This document shows positions 1-13,163 of a stretch of 64,000 bases of DNA, piece by piece. The stretch covers positions 26,966,552-27,030,551 of the forward strand of contig NC_068985.1 in assembly GCF_001194135.2 (NCBI RefSeq), read 5' to 3'. Below the pieces are notes generated by a model. It was not told the origin of the DNA, did not search any database, and was given only the letters and a program-made list of their open reading frames with translations. The position numbers and the translations under genes are program-made. Within the stretch, counting starts at the first letter, position 1. Each line of letters begins with the position of its first letter. The DNA is from Octopus bimaculoides. Lineage: Eukaryota.

Positions 1-57
1 TTAGTTTTATAATCTTTAGCCGTTACGGCTACGACCATGCTAGAGCACTGCCTTCAG

Positions 58-122
<65 letters not shown>

Positions 123-798
123 NNNNNNNNNNNNNNNNNNNNNNNNNNNNNNNNNNNNNNNNNNNNNNNNNNNNNNNNNNNNNNNNNNNNNNNNNNNNNN
201 NNNNNNNNNNNNNNNNNNNNNNNNNNNNNNNNNNNNNNNNNNNNNNNNNNNNNNNNNNNNNNNNNNNNNNNNNNNNNNNNNNNNNNNNNNNNNNNNNNNN
301 NNNNNNNNNNNNNNNNNNNNNNNNNNNNNNNNNNNNNNNNNNNNNNNNNNNNNNNNNNNNNNNNNNNNNNNNNNNNNNNNNNNNNNNNNNNNNNNNNNNN
401 NNNNNNNNNNNNNNNNNNNNNNNNNNNNNNNNNNNNNNNNNNNNNNNNNNNNNNNNNNNNNNNNNNNNNNNNNNNNNNNNNNNNNNNNNNNNNNNNNNNN
501 NNNNNNNNNNNNNNNNNNNNNNNNNNNNNNNNNNNNNNNNNNNNNNNNNNNNNNNNNNNNNNNNNNNNNNNNNNNNNNNNNNNNNNNNNNNNNNNNNNNN
601 NNNNNNNNNNNNNNNAAAGTCATTATACATGATATAATAAGAAAGGAAACAGCGTAAAGGTGAATTAATGGCGGGAAAATACAAAACAACTGGCGGGCAT
701 ATGTCGAATCGCAACAGTCCGATTGTAATACAAATTAATATAAATTCTAATGGAAAAAATTTGTTAAGTCTGATTTGAATATTAATATTTGTATGTGA

Positions 799-1017
799 AG
801 GTGACGAGCTGTCAGAATCGTTATCACACCGGGCAAAATGCTGAACGGCATTTCGTCCGTTGTTATGTCCTGAGTTCAAATTCCACCGGGCTCGACTTTG
901 TCTTTCATCCGTTCAGGGTCGATAAAATAAGTACCAGCTGAACACTGAGGACAATGTAACCGACTTAGCCCTTTCCCCGAAACTGCTGGCCTTGTACCAC
1001 AATTTGAAACCAATATT
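799..1017 (+). mobile_element. SINE family A copy (tRNA-derived head)
   Basis: Head GGCGGTGAGCTGGCAGAATCGTTAG-like with B-box-like GAGTTCAAATTCC, then central GTCTTTCATCCGTTCAGGGTCGATAAAATAAGTACCAG. More than 15 related copies occur in the window. The central part recalls the MetaSINE domain (from memory, unverified). Confidence 0.85.
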
Positions 1018-3214
1018 AACATTTGTGTAGAAGGTAAGGAGTAAGGGAAAATAACTTGATTATACTGAGATTGTATTTTACTCTGTTCGAACGGGAATGC
1101 GCGCACACGCACATACACCACGTTCGCGCGCACAAATATGTATGCGTGTGTGTGTGTATCTGTGTATCGATAGAGCATACTATTCTGAAGGTATTTTTCA
1201 TTACCTTTCTAAGACAGTTATTCTCATTATAGTGTCCCTTGCTGGCTGATTTTATACCAGCCATTCTTGATGTGAACAACTGCGATATAATTTTTGTTGC
1301 TAAACTAGTAACAGTCTTTAATTCAACAGCTGCTGTTGAGGCGAACAGTCAACGAAACATCTACATGCCCGGTATATTAAAAGGTTCATTCTTCCTGTTT
1401 GTTTCATTTATTTGGACATTAATTCATAGCATCGGCTACCTACTGAGCTGTTGTGCACTCTCAGTGATCAAGTAGGTTATATTTGTTCACTAAGAGTTCA
1501 TAACGGCTCAACTAAATTATACAGCCTAGATTACTGTACATCTGTCTAAGATATAATTATTCTTGTCATATGCTTGGCAATAACTATAATGTGGATAAGA
1601 GTCCATGGTAGACCCAATTCATGAATTAGTTTCAGTTTAAGCAGTTTTACTTTACATTCCTAGTCTCTTGAAAAATGCCACATCATTCCAGTCCCTATAT
1701 AAATTTAAAACTTTCATCCTAGTCAAGAAATTCGACTTTACATGAAGTAAGAGTGACAGTCAGCAGAAAATTTAGAGTATCATACTAAACAATTTACTGA
1801 ATCGTAATATAAAATCTTGCTGGAATTTAAATAAGAAACATCATCACCAGCTGTGCACGACTATATCTCCTTATTGCAAGTATGTGACTTTCCGCTTCAT
1901 AAAAGAAATCCACATATATTGATGAAACTGAACAAGAATAAATTGCGTAATGTGTGATTGTGTAATGTGTATGTCTTCACGCTAGGGAAGTTGTATCAGC
2001 ACGAGAGAGTTTCATGGTTTAATAAGAGGATGAGGGATAGAGACCATGACTCTCTTGAGGGTTTCCAAAACAAATATGAAGAAGGCAGCATTTTATCCTA
2101 CAGTCGAAGACCTGGCCCAAATGTAGGAACGGATCCGTTAAAGGCCACAAAAGGACAAGATGGAAGCGGTGTTAAATCAAGGACAGATATCGTTCAGACA
2201 TGTGAAAATTGTTACAACATATGAAGGTTGGCCTGGATGTGTTTTACTGGATTTATTTCATTACAATACTTCATTATGCTGAGTTTAAATATTAACAAGA
2301 TGAAATTTGCTGAGGTCAAATGAAATATGTACCAGTGAAGATAATCGGTTCAAAGAGTTCAGTGTGCAATAGTCATCACCACTGATATTGTGCATAGTAA
2401 AAAGATACCAATATTAGTCAATATTTGTCACCTTATTTTGGGGTAGTTGACCTCTTCAAGGCAACCTTCTCAAATAGTCACAGTTGCCAGTACCATAACT
2501 ACCATGTCGGCTCTGTGTTGTTGTCATCACGAAACTCAAGGGAAGTAAAGACATTATGCAACTGTTACGTAAATAAGCACGTTTTAGTGACTCAATATCA
2601 TGTTATTAGATATATACTATTACAAATTTCCTGACGAGAAAGAGTAAAAGAAACCGAAAGAAAATGAGAGAGAGAGAGAGAGAGTTGGGTGTATGAGGAA
2701 AACGGTAGATGATCCACGCTTGCTTTAAATTGCTTCTCTCAACCGTACGCAATCGTTCGCCAGGAGTATCACATTCTTCATTATATCAATTCAGGTTTTG
2801 TTTACTTCGAATTACACAAACATTAACGAAACAGTTAGTGGGGGTCTCTTGTTTGTTGACGCTGTGCACAACAAAAGGTCAGAGGGAACTGACATTAACC
2901 AACAAAAGTAGACATCTGACAAGGGCTGCAACATGAAACTAAAACACAACTCCACCTTCAACAACCATTCGTCTCATCAGGCATTTATTTTGCAATGCCA
3001 ACAATGATCAAACTCGCCATTAGTTTAGATATACTAGCGAAAATTATGTGGCATGTAATAATATGGCAGTAGTGATTGTGCAAAGTATTGGCGGTGGTGG
3101 TGAGTTACTGAGTACCACGTGTTTGTGACTGTAAACCGATCCAAAGGACAATTTAGGATGACTTACTTAACCTTACACCACTATTATAGCTATTAGGTAG
3201 ATAGAGAGACAAAG

Positions 3215-3215
<1 letters not shown>

Positions 3216-3282
<67 letters not shown>

Positions 3283-3283
3283 C
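3216..3283. repeat. (GATA)n microsatellite
   Basis: Pure GATA run. Confidence 0.95.
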
Positions 3284-3435
3284 ATAGGCCACTTAAATAT
3301 CGGTCGAAAAAACAGTTGAATAATGTTATCTCTCAGAATATGCGCTGGAGCGTTGGATCAAATGACACACACACACACACATTTATATATGATGGATTCT
3401 CTTGTCGTGAGGGGTTCAGTAAGATAAAGTGTTAA

Positions 3436-3846
3436 TCATGTTCTGTGGACACGAGTGTGTCTCTTGAGACCTGCTGGTGCCTGCAAAACCTTTTGGCAAA
3501 TGGAACAAGTTGAGGACTCAGTTTGCCTGAGTGCTTGTCGATCATTGACAATGTGTTTTCTTGAGTAGACGGCAAGATTTGTTTTGCTTTGTGCCCAAAA
3601 ACCACAACGACCGGTAAGGTTTCCATTAAGAGGAGCAGCGTTTTGCCAGCATGCCTTTTACGCTTGCACGAAGTTCGTCCCGATGCTGGTGGCGACTTTG
3701 CTCAAATCTTTCAACTAGGAAGCAGAACAGGTACCAGGTCATGCGTTCTGACGCTTTGTTTTCCCAGAAAGAAAATGGAATGTTGCATCGCTTCAGATAC
3801 TTTTACGCTATTTGATTCCACGATCCAACGATCCAACTGCTTTGTA
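3436..3846 (-). mobile_element. RTE-clade LINE 3' fragment with C-terminal C2H2-like fingers (decayed)
   Basis: Minus strand translates LKRCNIPFSFWENKASERMTW (RTE C-terminal motif), then CGFWAQSKTNLAVYSRKH and CSICQKVLQAPAGLKRHTRVHRT*. Contains stops and frameshifts. Confidence 0.75.
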
Positions 3847-3854
3847 GACTCTCT

Positions 3855-4190
3855 CTCTTTTACTCTTTTACTTGTTTCAGTCATTTGACTGCGGCCATGC
3901 TGGAGCACCACCTTTAGTCGAGCAAATCGACCCCAGGACTTATTCTTTGGAAGCCTAGTACTTATTCTATCGGTCTCTTTGCCGAACCGCTACGTTACGG
4001 GGACGTAAACACACCAGCATCCATTGTCAAGCGATGTTGGGGGGACAAACAGACACACACACAAACATATACACACACATACACACATATACACATACAT
4101 ATATACGACGGGTTTCTTTCAGTTTCCGTCTACCAAATCCACTTACAAGGCTTTGATCGGCCCGAGGCTATAGTAGAAGACACTTGGCCA
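3855..4190 (-). mobile_element. SINE family B copy (CORE-like, internal microsatellite)
   Basis: Matches other family B copies: tail ...CCAGCATGGCCGCAGTCAAATGACTGAAACAAGTAAAAGAG, internal (CA/TA)n tract, and ...GTAGACGGAAACTGAAAGAA segment. Confidence 0.9.
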
Positions 4191-4306
4191 GATTTTATAT
4201 ATTATAATTGTTGATTAATTGCGTCGTCAGGAATTTTCCAATACAAATTTGTAGTTTTACATTAAAATGCTAATCTCGCCATAATATTGTGTGTGTATGT
4301 TTGAGT

Positions 4307-4342
<36 letters not shown>

Positions 4343-4667
4343 GCGTGAGCGTGTATATGTGTATGTTCGTTTATGAACGTAGGTTTGTGCTTTGAACAAA
4401 ACGACAGCTCAGTCGAAATTATACAAAAGGGTATTCATAATTTATTACCATACTGAGAGGAACACACATACACTCACTTTGCTTTTAATTTTCCCTCTTT
4501 CTCTCTCCCTCGCCTTCTCTCTGTACGAATGCGCGCGCGCGAGTGTGTGTATATATGTGTATGTATATATATATATATATATATGTATATACGTATATAT
4601 ATGTATTTATATGTATGTATATGTATGTATATGTATCTATATATATGCATGTATGTATATATTTATA

Positions 4668-5916
4668 TTGGGTTGGCAAGAAAGTCATTTCGGTCTTTTA
4701 GTGTGAAATAAAAGTAATGTTTTTCATACAAAGAATGAACTTAAATCAATTATATATTTTCCATTTTGTTCGATGACCTTTTGCCATCTTTCTGGCAACT
4801 TCACGATTCCGCGTTCATAGATCTTCTGGTTTTTATCAGCCAAAAACTGGAGCAAGTGCAATTTCAGGTCATCATCGTTATTGAAAGTTTGACCATTCAA
4901 AGAATTTTGCAAACTTCGAAATAAATGGTAATCTAATGGTACAAGGTCATGGCTATATGGTGGATGTAACATCACTTCCAAACCAAGCTCCAATAAGTTT
5001 TCATGGATTAGCAAAGACGTGTGTGGTCTAGTGTTGTCATAGTGGAACACGATTCCTTTACGATTTGCCAATTCTGGCCGTTTTTCTTTGATTGCTTCCT
5101 CCTGTTTCATTAGTTGTTGACAGTAAACACCTGAATTGATCGTTTGGTTCCTTGGAAGCAGATCAAAATACACAACACCTTTGTAATCCCACCAAATTGA
5201 CAGCAAGGCCTTCTTTTGATGCAATTCAGCTTTCGATGTGGTTTATGCTGGTTCATTACGCTTGGATCATGATCGTTTTCAATATATGTTATTGTAGACA
5301 ATCCATTTTTCATCAAAGGTGATGATTTGTTTCAAAAAATGATCGATTTCATTCCGTTTGAGATGCATATCGCAAATGTTGATTCGTTGTACTAAGTGAA
5401 TCTCTTTCAATTTATGCGGAACACAAAAATCGAGCTTCTTAACGAGTGCAAGACATTTTAAGTGATTTTCAATTGTTGTGTGTGTGATTCATTTAACCCC
5501 TCTGCAATCTCTCGCACGTTATATGACAATCAGATTCAATTATGGCTTTGATTCGGTCATCATCAACTTCAATTGGTCGACTAGAAGCGTTGGTCAACTT
5601 GAGTGAAAAATCTCCAGAACGGAATTTTTAAAACCATTTCTTATATGTGCGTTCTGTTAAGCAATCAACACCATAAATTTCACATATCTCTTTGTGAGCC
5701 TCAGCAGTTTTCTTGCCTTTACGAAAAAAAAAAATATATATAGCGAAAATGTTGGTTTTTGCGCTCCATGTTAAAATTGACACTGAACTAACAGCTTTAA
5801 ACAAATTTACGCGCAATTTGCTTCTAAAGTAAGCTAAAAGTAACGGCTATCAAATGTAAAAAGGAATAAAAATCATAATATTGATAAAAAACGAAATTAC
5901 ATTTTTTCCAACCCAA
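4668..5916 (-). mobile_element. Full-length mariner transposon (DD34D), mellifera-subfamily-like
   Basis: TIRs TTGGGTTGGCAAG (4668) and TTCCAACCCAA (ending 5916). TA on both sides (4666-67, 5917-18). Length 1249 bp with an internal decayed transposase. Confidence 0.93.
4740..5769 (-). pseudogene. Mariner transposase pseudogene
   Basis: ATG at 5769: MERKNQHFRY...FRKGK..KFRSGDFSLK, CVPHKL (WVPHEL motif), ITFDEKW, FHYDNTRPH, HPPYSHDLVPLDY. There are 34 residues between the second and third Asp, with several stops and frameshifts. Confidence 0.92.
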
Positions 5917-6277
5917 TATGTATGCATGTATGTATGTATGTATATATGTATGTATGTATGTATATACACATATGCGTATGCGTGTACATGTATGTATATA
6001 AGTATATATATGTATGCATGCATATATATACACACATATATATTACTAGACCCCCACACACACACACATATATATATACATACATGCATAAGCATATATA
6101 CATATATTATGTATATATGCATAAATATTCATATATATGCATAGTCTCGCTATGCCTTATCGAAATATTAAAATGTATATATGTATGTATGTGTGTATGT
6201 ATGTATGTATGTATGTATGTATGTATGTATGCATGTATGTATGTATGTATGTATTTATGTATGTATATATAGATAAG

Positions 6278-6487
6278 ACTGTCAGAAAAATTCGTTCTTT
6301 TTATATCTAGTTTAGTTGTTTAAATTTTATTTTATTTTTATTTATTTATTTGTGTCATCTCTACTCTTCATCCGCAGCATTTGTTTAATGTTTTTGAAAG
6401 TTTTATAAATTTTAACTCTTTGCAAACACATTACGTTGGAATGCCAAGTAGAAAGAAAAAAAACACGAATTTATTTAACAACCCAAT
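6278..6487. mobile_element. Possible mariner-derived MITE or end fragment
   Basis: Right end AACACGAATTTATTTAACAACCCAA followed by TA resembles a mariner TIR. The left end GTCAGAAAAATTCGTTC matches it only degenerately. Confidence 0.4.
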
Positions 6488-6663
6488 ATATGCTTTTATT
6501 ACGGCTGTAGTAACTCTTCACAAACTGTTTCTCAGAGCTTCACTTTACTGTTAGTCGGTCAGTTGTGATCATACAAAACGTTGTGAAGATTTTTGCAGCT
6601 TTAATAAAAACATGTTACTCTAACTTCGGTATTCGAGTAAGATATATATATATATATATACAC

Positions 6664-6832
6664 ACATAATTAAGGGATCAGCAAATATTTGCTTCACCAC
6701 ATACCGAAGTTCAGAAATAGCAGCTAAAAAAGCTGAGACTCCAACAGATAGCATTACAGATAGCTTTTTTAGCTGCTATTTCTGAACTTCGGTATGTGGT
6801 GAAGCAAATATTTGCTGATCCCTTAATTATGT
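6664..6832. repeat. Perfect 71-bp inverted repeat with 27-nt loop
   Basis: 6664-6734 is the exact reverse complement of 6762-6832, checked base by base. It lies in a (TA)n context. Confidence 0.95.
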
Positions 6833-7247
6833 TTATAAATATATATGAGCTTTTAAATAAGTTCTCCACCGATAATGGTGCTTACATACCGAAGGGCTTG
6901 GTAAAAATGATTAATTGTTGATTTATTAATAAATTAATAAATTGATAATCCTTTACCCTTTTAATTTGTATATATATATATATAGGCGCAGGCGTGACTC
7001 TGTGGTAAGAAGTTTGCTTCACAACCACATGGTACCACATGGTATGTATGCGTTATGTACCTATTCTACATATTCATATACTTGTGTGTGGGTGCGTGTT
7101 TGTGTGTTTGAGTATGTATGTGTGTGTATGTATTTGTGCGTGTACCTCTGCTTCCTTGCGTGTGCGTGTTTGAGGGTGTCTATGCGTATGAGTTTGTGTA
7201 TGTATATCCGAGTTTGTACGATTGTGTATAGAACAATATATTAATCA

Positions 7248-7488
7248 ATGAAATTCCAACTTTTATTATTTACAATTTTTACAATCATACAATTTTACAA
7301 TATTGAAATAAACTATTCATCAGATTTATGTAGTGACAGTCGTGTTCCACGATTGACAACTGTGACAATTGACACAGTTGTGAATCGTGGAACAAGACTG
7401 TTCCTACATAAACCTGATGATTGCGTAACGCATGAAAGTACTAGTGTATTGAAATAAACTAGTACTTTCATGCGTTACTAGTACTTTC
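7248..7488. mobile_element. Fold-back PLE-like terminal repeat relic
   Basis: 48-bp arms 7317-7364 and 7373-7420 (5 mismatches), plus a second 20-bp perfect inverted repeat TAACGCATGAAAGTACTAGT/ACTAGTACTTTCATGCGTTA. Contains three partial copies of a hammerhead motif. Confidence 0.6.
7408..7449 (+). ncRNA. Minimal type I hammerhead ribozyme motif
   Basis: ATAAAC-CTGATGA-TTGCG TAA CGCAT-GAA-AGTACT-A-GTGTAT: intact core, stem II, palindromic stem III and stem I with 5 of 6 pairs. Confidence 0.7.
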
Positions 7489-8065
7489 TGAGAAGAAAGT
7501 AGGAAAGGAGATGAGAGTCCCAGAGAAGAGGACGTTCAGAAGATTTCTTGTACGTAATTCTATCTCACCAGGTGACTGAAACGACCTTCTGGAGATACTA
7601 GATGTTAAAAGACTCGATAGATTTAATATACCGTTTATATGTATAGTCCATGTCTCACACCCAACAAGAAGATTGAGAACACAAGCTGCTCGGTGGACAA
7701 GTATTTTGATATGTAGACTGAGATAGTCGTTTTGAATGAATCTCTTTCTGAGCCTTCCAAAGTCTTTCAACAGCCTATCTAAGGCAGTTCAGTATTTCCT
7801 AGTCCAATGTGCGATCATTGGAAATGATGCCACCTAGGTTACTGAATTGAAAGGTTGTGGGTAGCCAGCCATTGACAAATGACCTCAATTTTCTGGACAC
7901 TGGCTCTCAGATCCGTTCTTTCATACGCTGTATCTACTGGCTTGATGACAGCCAGAGAACAGTATACTGTAGTTAGCTGCAGTATGTCATATTGTAGTTC
8001 AATGATCTATAAAGGTCTGAGCTTGGTAGCGACCTACTGCCTTCTGATGTTGAAGATTCCTGTCG
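7487..8065 (-). mobile_element. RTE-clade LINE RT fragment (decayed)
   Basis: Minus strand gives IFNIRR..IELQY, FGRLRKR, IKILVHRAACV.NLLVGCETWT and a degenerate W.DRIT. These are the same motifs as the 41.8-43.1 kb RTE. Confidence 0.8.
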
Positions 8066-8317
8066 AGACTTTTCAATATATTAAACAGTGCGTATAATGT
8101 GTGATATGAATAAAGTTAGGAGCTCTTTGATAATTAGTAGATATCATTTGAGGTACAACAGTTGAATGTCATTCAACTTTATAACACGTTTATCTACATA
8201 AATACATACAGAACATACTGATATACACGAACATAAATGCAAACATACACACATTATCGGAAAGTTGTATATGCAACACAAAGCGCACATTATTATGTGA
8301 TTACAAATATATGTAAA

Positions 8318-8395
<78 letters not shown>

Positions 8396-8878
8396 TGTAC
8401 ATGTATGTATGCATATATATATATATGGTCAAAGCAAGAATAAATAAGGAGTTTGTAAAATGAAAAGGAAATTCTATATGACAAGGCAGAATCTAAGAAA
8501 GGAAATTGTTTATCTTTGATTATATAAACTGCATCAAGAATGCTGTGAATCTTTCCCGAGGGAGAAGGAGAAAATCGGGTTTACTATATGTATTCCGGAA
8601 ACATCTGAAATAATTTGGTCTTGATATTTCTAGTGAGAGATGAATCACTTTGAATTTCAAATATATGCTGAATTATTAAATTATTTGGTTAAATGCTGCT
8701 TGACAAGACTCATTAATGGATCGATATCATTATATTGTCTGTTTATCATATCCTTTCCCAAAGACCCAATGGCATGATAAGGACCACATCCGGAACAGGA
8801 TATCTGATGTACTATGACTGGTATTACAGCTCATTAAAATTGTACATTATAAAACATTTCGGCGTGTGTGTGTGTGCA

Positions 8879-8978
<100 letters not shown>

Positions 8979-11900
8979 GATGGATGATGTGTCAGCAGAA
9001 ATACACACAGATATATCTAACGAGTAGGTTAGTACGTAGTCTTTTGTACAGCTAGAAATAGCAGCTAATCACCCTCAAACCACAGCCTACTGTTTCAGGA
9101 AAAGACATATCGCATTATGTTAGCCGAAGTACATTATTCCTGAAAAAGTGGAATGGTCATGGTTGGAATGCCTTTCAATTAGGACTAATTTGGGATTAAA
9201 TAGCAGTAACAACTTCAGGCTTTTGCTACGGACTCAGAAATCCTCCACAAACTACACCCTACTCTCTTAAAAGAAGGGCATATTGAATCATGTAGTGTGC
9301 GGCTCGCTTTGCCTTAAAAGAACGAAAAAAAAGGTAGAATGGTAATGAGTGGAATGTCTTTGATTGTAGATCTATTCGACTAGGAAAACTTGGGGCAAAA
9401 TAACAGAAACAACAATTTGAGACACTGAAAGATCATTATTTGACTCTGAAGACTTGAGCGTCGCACTGAATGCCTGAATTTTTAAACCACTTTCGGTTTG
9501 TTTGTAAGTGGAATTTGCCTTTCCTTCCTTCTGGATTGATAAATAAACTACCAGTAAAATACTAGGGTCTGTTCAATTACCCATACCGTCTCCATAAAAA
9601 AAAAAAACTGAGGCATGTGTCTCATCAAGACAAATCATTATTAATTAGTGAGTTGATAGAATCGCTTAAGCGGTATTTCTTCCGTCTCTTCACGTTCTGA
9701 GTTCTAAATTCCACCGTGGTCAACATTTGCTTTTTATTATTTCAGTCAATAAAATAAAATACTAGCCATGTACTTGGTCGATTTTATTGACTAATACTCT
9801 CTCCCTGTTATCGCTAGCCTTAGAATCAATTATTTATTGGTGGATTGGCTGAATCGGTAGAGCATCATGCCAAATGTCTTACAGTATTATTTGTGTACCT
9901 CTACGTTCTGAGTTCAAATTTTGCCGAGGTTGTTTTTGCATTACGTTTTCTCGCCGTTCATAAAATATGTACCTTTCAAATACTGGGGTTGATACAGTCG
10001 TCCGACGTCACTTCTACAATGTATGATCTTGCGTCGATGTTAGAAACCATTATTTATCACTCCATATTACAGTAGCTTGCACCATATTGTAAGATGTTAT
10101 ATTTCAGGTGAACCGAATTTGCAACCCGATATCGATTCATTGACATATCTACATCACGTGAATGCGCTTTAAAAAGTAATGTGTGTTGTATATTTTCTAT
10201 TTATGAACGAAATTCTCTAAGATCTTCATCAAATATGGCAGTACTTCTCAGAATTCTTTATAGAATAAATTAGCACCTCAGGTTGTGACCCTTTAGGGCG
10301 ATAGAAAATTATATGTGGGCACTGAAGACACAGGGTTGGTAAGATACAATAGATGCATCTATGCAATTTTAGTCTTTCTCTCCTATTTTAATATTAACTT
10401 TAAAATCAAAATTAGTGTAAAAATTGTGATAAATAGCTTGTTTGCGACAATCACAACAACAACAGTAACGATAACCACAATAACTATTTACAATAGTAAC
10501 CGACTTTCAAATGTGAATACGTTAATAAACAAAACTGAATATATACCACCTATGCGTGAATATTACAATTAACAAACTGAAGCATAAAAAACATTGTCAA
10601 AATTTCCGGCTATTTCCATAAATGCAATAAAGGCAACCACTGCACCTGTTGCTTGAGGTAAAGTCCTGACTTGGATATGCATGTATATACATATATACAT
10701 ATTTGAGAGTTGTTGATTCTAACTATGAATGCCATCTGTTAATCTCATAATCAGCCACATGTAGAAGCAGTCATGTGCATGTGGACAGAAAATACATCGG
10801 AATCTATACTATAAAAGGCATATTATGATAAATTTCAGCCGATAAATACGAGGGTCTGTATGGAACTGAAAGAATACGTACCTGCATTTTGGCCGAATCT
10901 GTGTCCTTCAGGTTGAGTCAATAACTAAAGTTAAGTAGTGATGTGTCAAATATCTGCTTATAGTAGAATGGTGCTGTGGTTAAGTAATCACACACTTCAA
11001 ACTATTGCCCGGAAGTAAATCGTTCTAACTTGGTATTACGAGTGATTATTAAAAATGGATGTGGACAGTGTTGAATGGTAACAAGGGGGCGTTGAAAAAG
11101 TATTATTACAAAAAAAAAAAGATGCGATAGTTAATAAAGCTTGTTGTGAAACGGTGGAATAAGGTGCGGACAGGGAGACGAATTAAGTACAGTACAAAAT
11201 TTGGGACTGTACTATATTCTAAATTCACACATTCTAAGTTCAAATCCCGCCGATGTCGACACGATTTTTCACTCATTCAAACTTAGTAAAACAGTAATAT
11301 TCTGAAATAAATCGATCAATCAATATTTACCCCCATATCCCTGTGAAACTGGCTTTACGACTAGTCAAAAGAGATTATTATTTCAATCCAACGTTACATC
11401 AAATGCTAGTATTCAATACTGTAATTCAATAGCGGTGAATTCTGTTAATGATGTTGGTCGTGGCACACACATTAAATCATAGGGTATAAAATCCATGAAC
11501 GTTATATAATAATGTTTTAGCACCAGTATAAGCTTTAGATGTATGCATTGGTGGGGTGGAACACTATGTAATACATTTGACTTGTGTATTATTAACAAAT
11601 ATTTAGCGATAATATTTAAATTTTTGTTTGTTTTAAAATTAGAGACGTATTTATTAATGGGTAATGTGTGTGTGTATACATACATCCTTATGTATATGTG
11701 TGTATATATTCTCATATTTTAGGTGTATGCATGTGTGTGTGTGTAATTCATGAGAGTTTCAAATAAGCGATATATTTATTGATGGGTTGGGCAATAGATG
11801 GTGAAGCTAGTTAAGATATCTCAGCTTATCCACTGTAACTTCAGAGAATCAGTAAAGACTCTCTGAATAACAACCAAATCTTCCTTGAATTGTACCCAGC

Positions 11901-12524
11901 TATTTTTAAAAGGACGTATTGAATAAGATGATCACAAGTGGACAGTGTTTTATTTAAAAACGGCACGGTGACCACGGGTGGAACATCTTCCATTATGGTG
12001 CCTACTCACTTTGACCTGAGCTAAACAGCCACAGAACCAACTCAACTGATCCTTCTCTTTCTTTTTCCTTTCCTACAAAGATACTCTATACAGAGCTAGG
12101 TTCATGGTTCACTAAAAGCCGATAGATATATTATTCTGTAGTATAGTATGGCACGGAAACAAATCATTGCTAACGCAACTGTATCACCACGCGCGCGCGC
12201 GCATATTTAAATTATGAACGTTAATTACGTAATTATATAAATGATGTTTTTATTCCAAGAATCAGCTGTCGAAATCTGTTGAATTATGAATCACATATAA
12301 GATGTACGCTTTTCTGTGGTTTTATTCTAAATGTGTTGCTTTTAAATATAGTTTGAGTCGATTCTGTGTATATCCATGCCAAGTGTATTCCATCAATATT
12401 TATTGCATTATAATTACGTATAAGAGTTTAAACGATATATTAATAATTGAACTCTTAAATACCGTGGATATATTCTTATCATGTTTAATACATTGACTCA
12501 CAACATACACACACACACATATAT

Positions 12525-13040
12525 ATATTATCTTTTACTTAAGTCATTAGACCGCGGTCATGCTGGGGCACCACCCTGAAGAACTGTTAGTCGAATGAAT
12601 CGAATTCGGTCCTTATTTATTTTTAAGCCTGGTACTTATTCCATCGATCTCTTTTGCCGAACCGCTAATGTTACGGGGACATAAACATACCAGCATCNNN
12701 NNNNNNNNNNNNNNNNNNNNNNNNNNNNNNNNNNNNNNNNNNNNNNNNNNNNNNNNNNNNNNNNNNNNNNNNNNNNNNNNNNNNNNNNNNNNNNNNNNNN
12801 NNNNNNNNNNNNNNNNNNNNNNNNNNNNNNNNNNNNNNNNNNNNNNNNNNNNNNNNNNNNNNATATATATACATATATACGACAGGCTTCTTTCAGTTTC
12901 CGTCTACCAAATCCACTCACAAGGCTTTGGTCGGCCCGAGGCTATAGAAGAAGGCACTTGCCCAAGGTGCCACGCAGTGGGAATGAACCCAGAACCATAT
13001 GGTTGGTAAGCAAGCTACTTACCACACAGCCACTCCTGCG

Positions 13041-13045
<5 letters not shown>
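12525..13045 (-). mobile_element. SINE family B copy spanning N gap
   Basis: Tail lies left of the gap. Head GGCGCAGGAGTGGCTGTGTGGTAAG and CORE-like GCACCTTGGGCAAGTG lie right of it. Confidence 0.9.
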
Positions 13046-13088
<43 letters not shown>

Positions 13089-13163
13089 TGTATGTATGTA
13101 TATATGTATATTTCATCGTGTCAAACCGTTAAGCCCGACATCTCCGTTTTTTACCTCTCATAC

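Noticed and set aside
1958-2400. Protein-like ORF or transposase relic
   Set aside because: No recognisable motif in any frame and multiple stops.
2631-2662. CTGACGA...GAAA hammerhead-like spacing
   Set aside because: The intervening purine-rich sequence cannot form stem II.
12189-12202. (CG)n tract as a Z-DNA regulatory element
   Set aside because: It is short and explained by general dinucleotide slippage in this genome.
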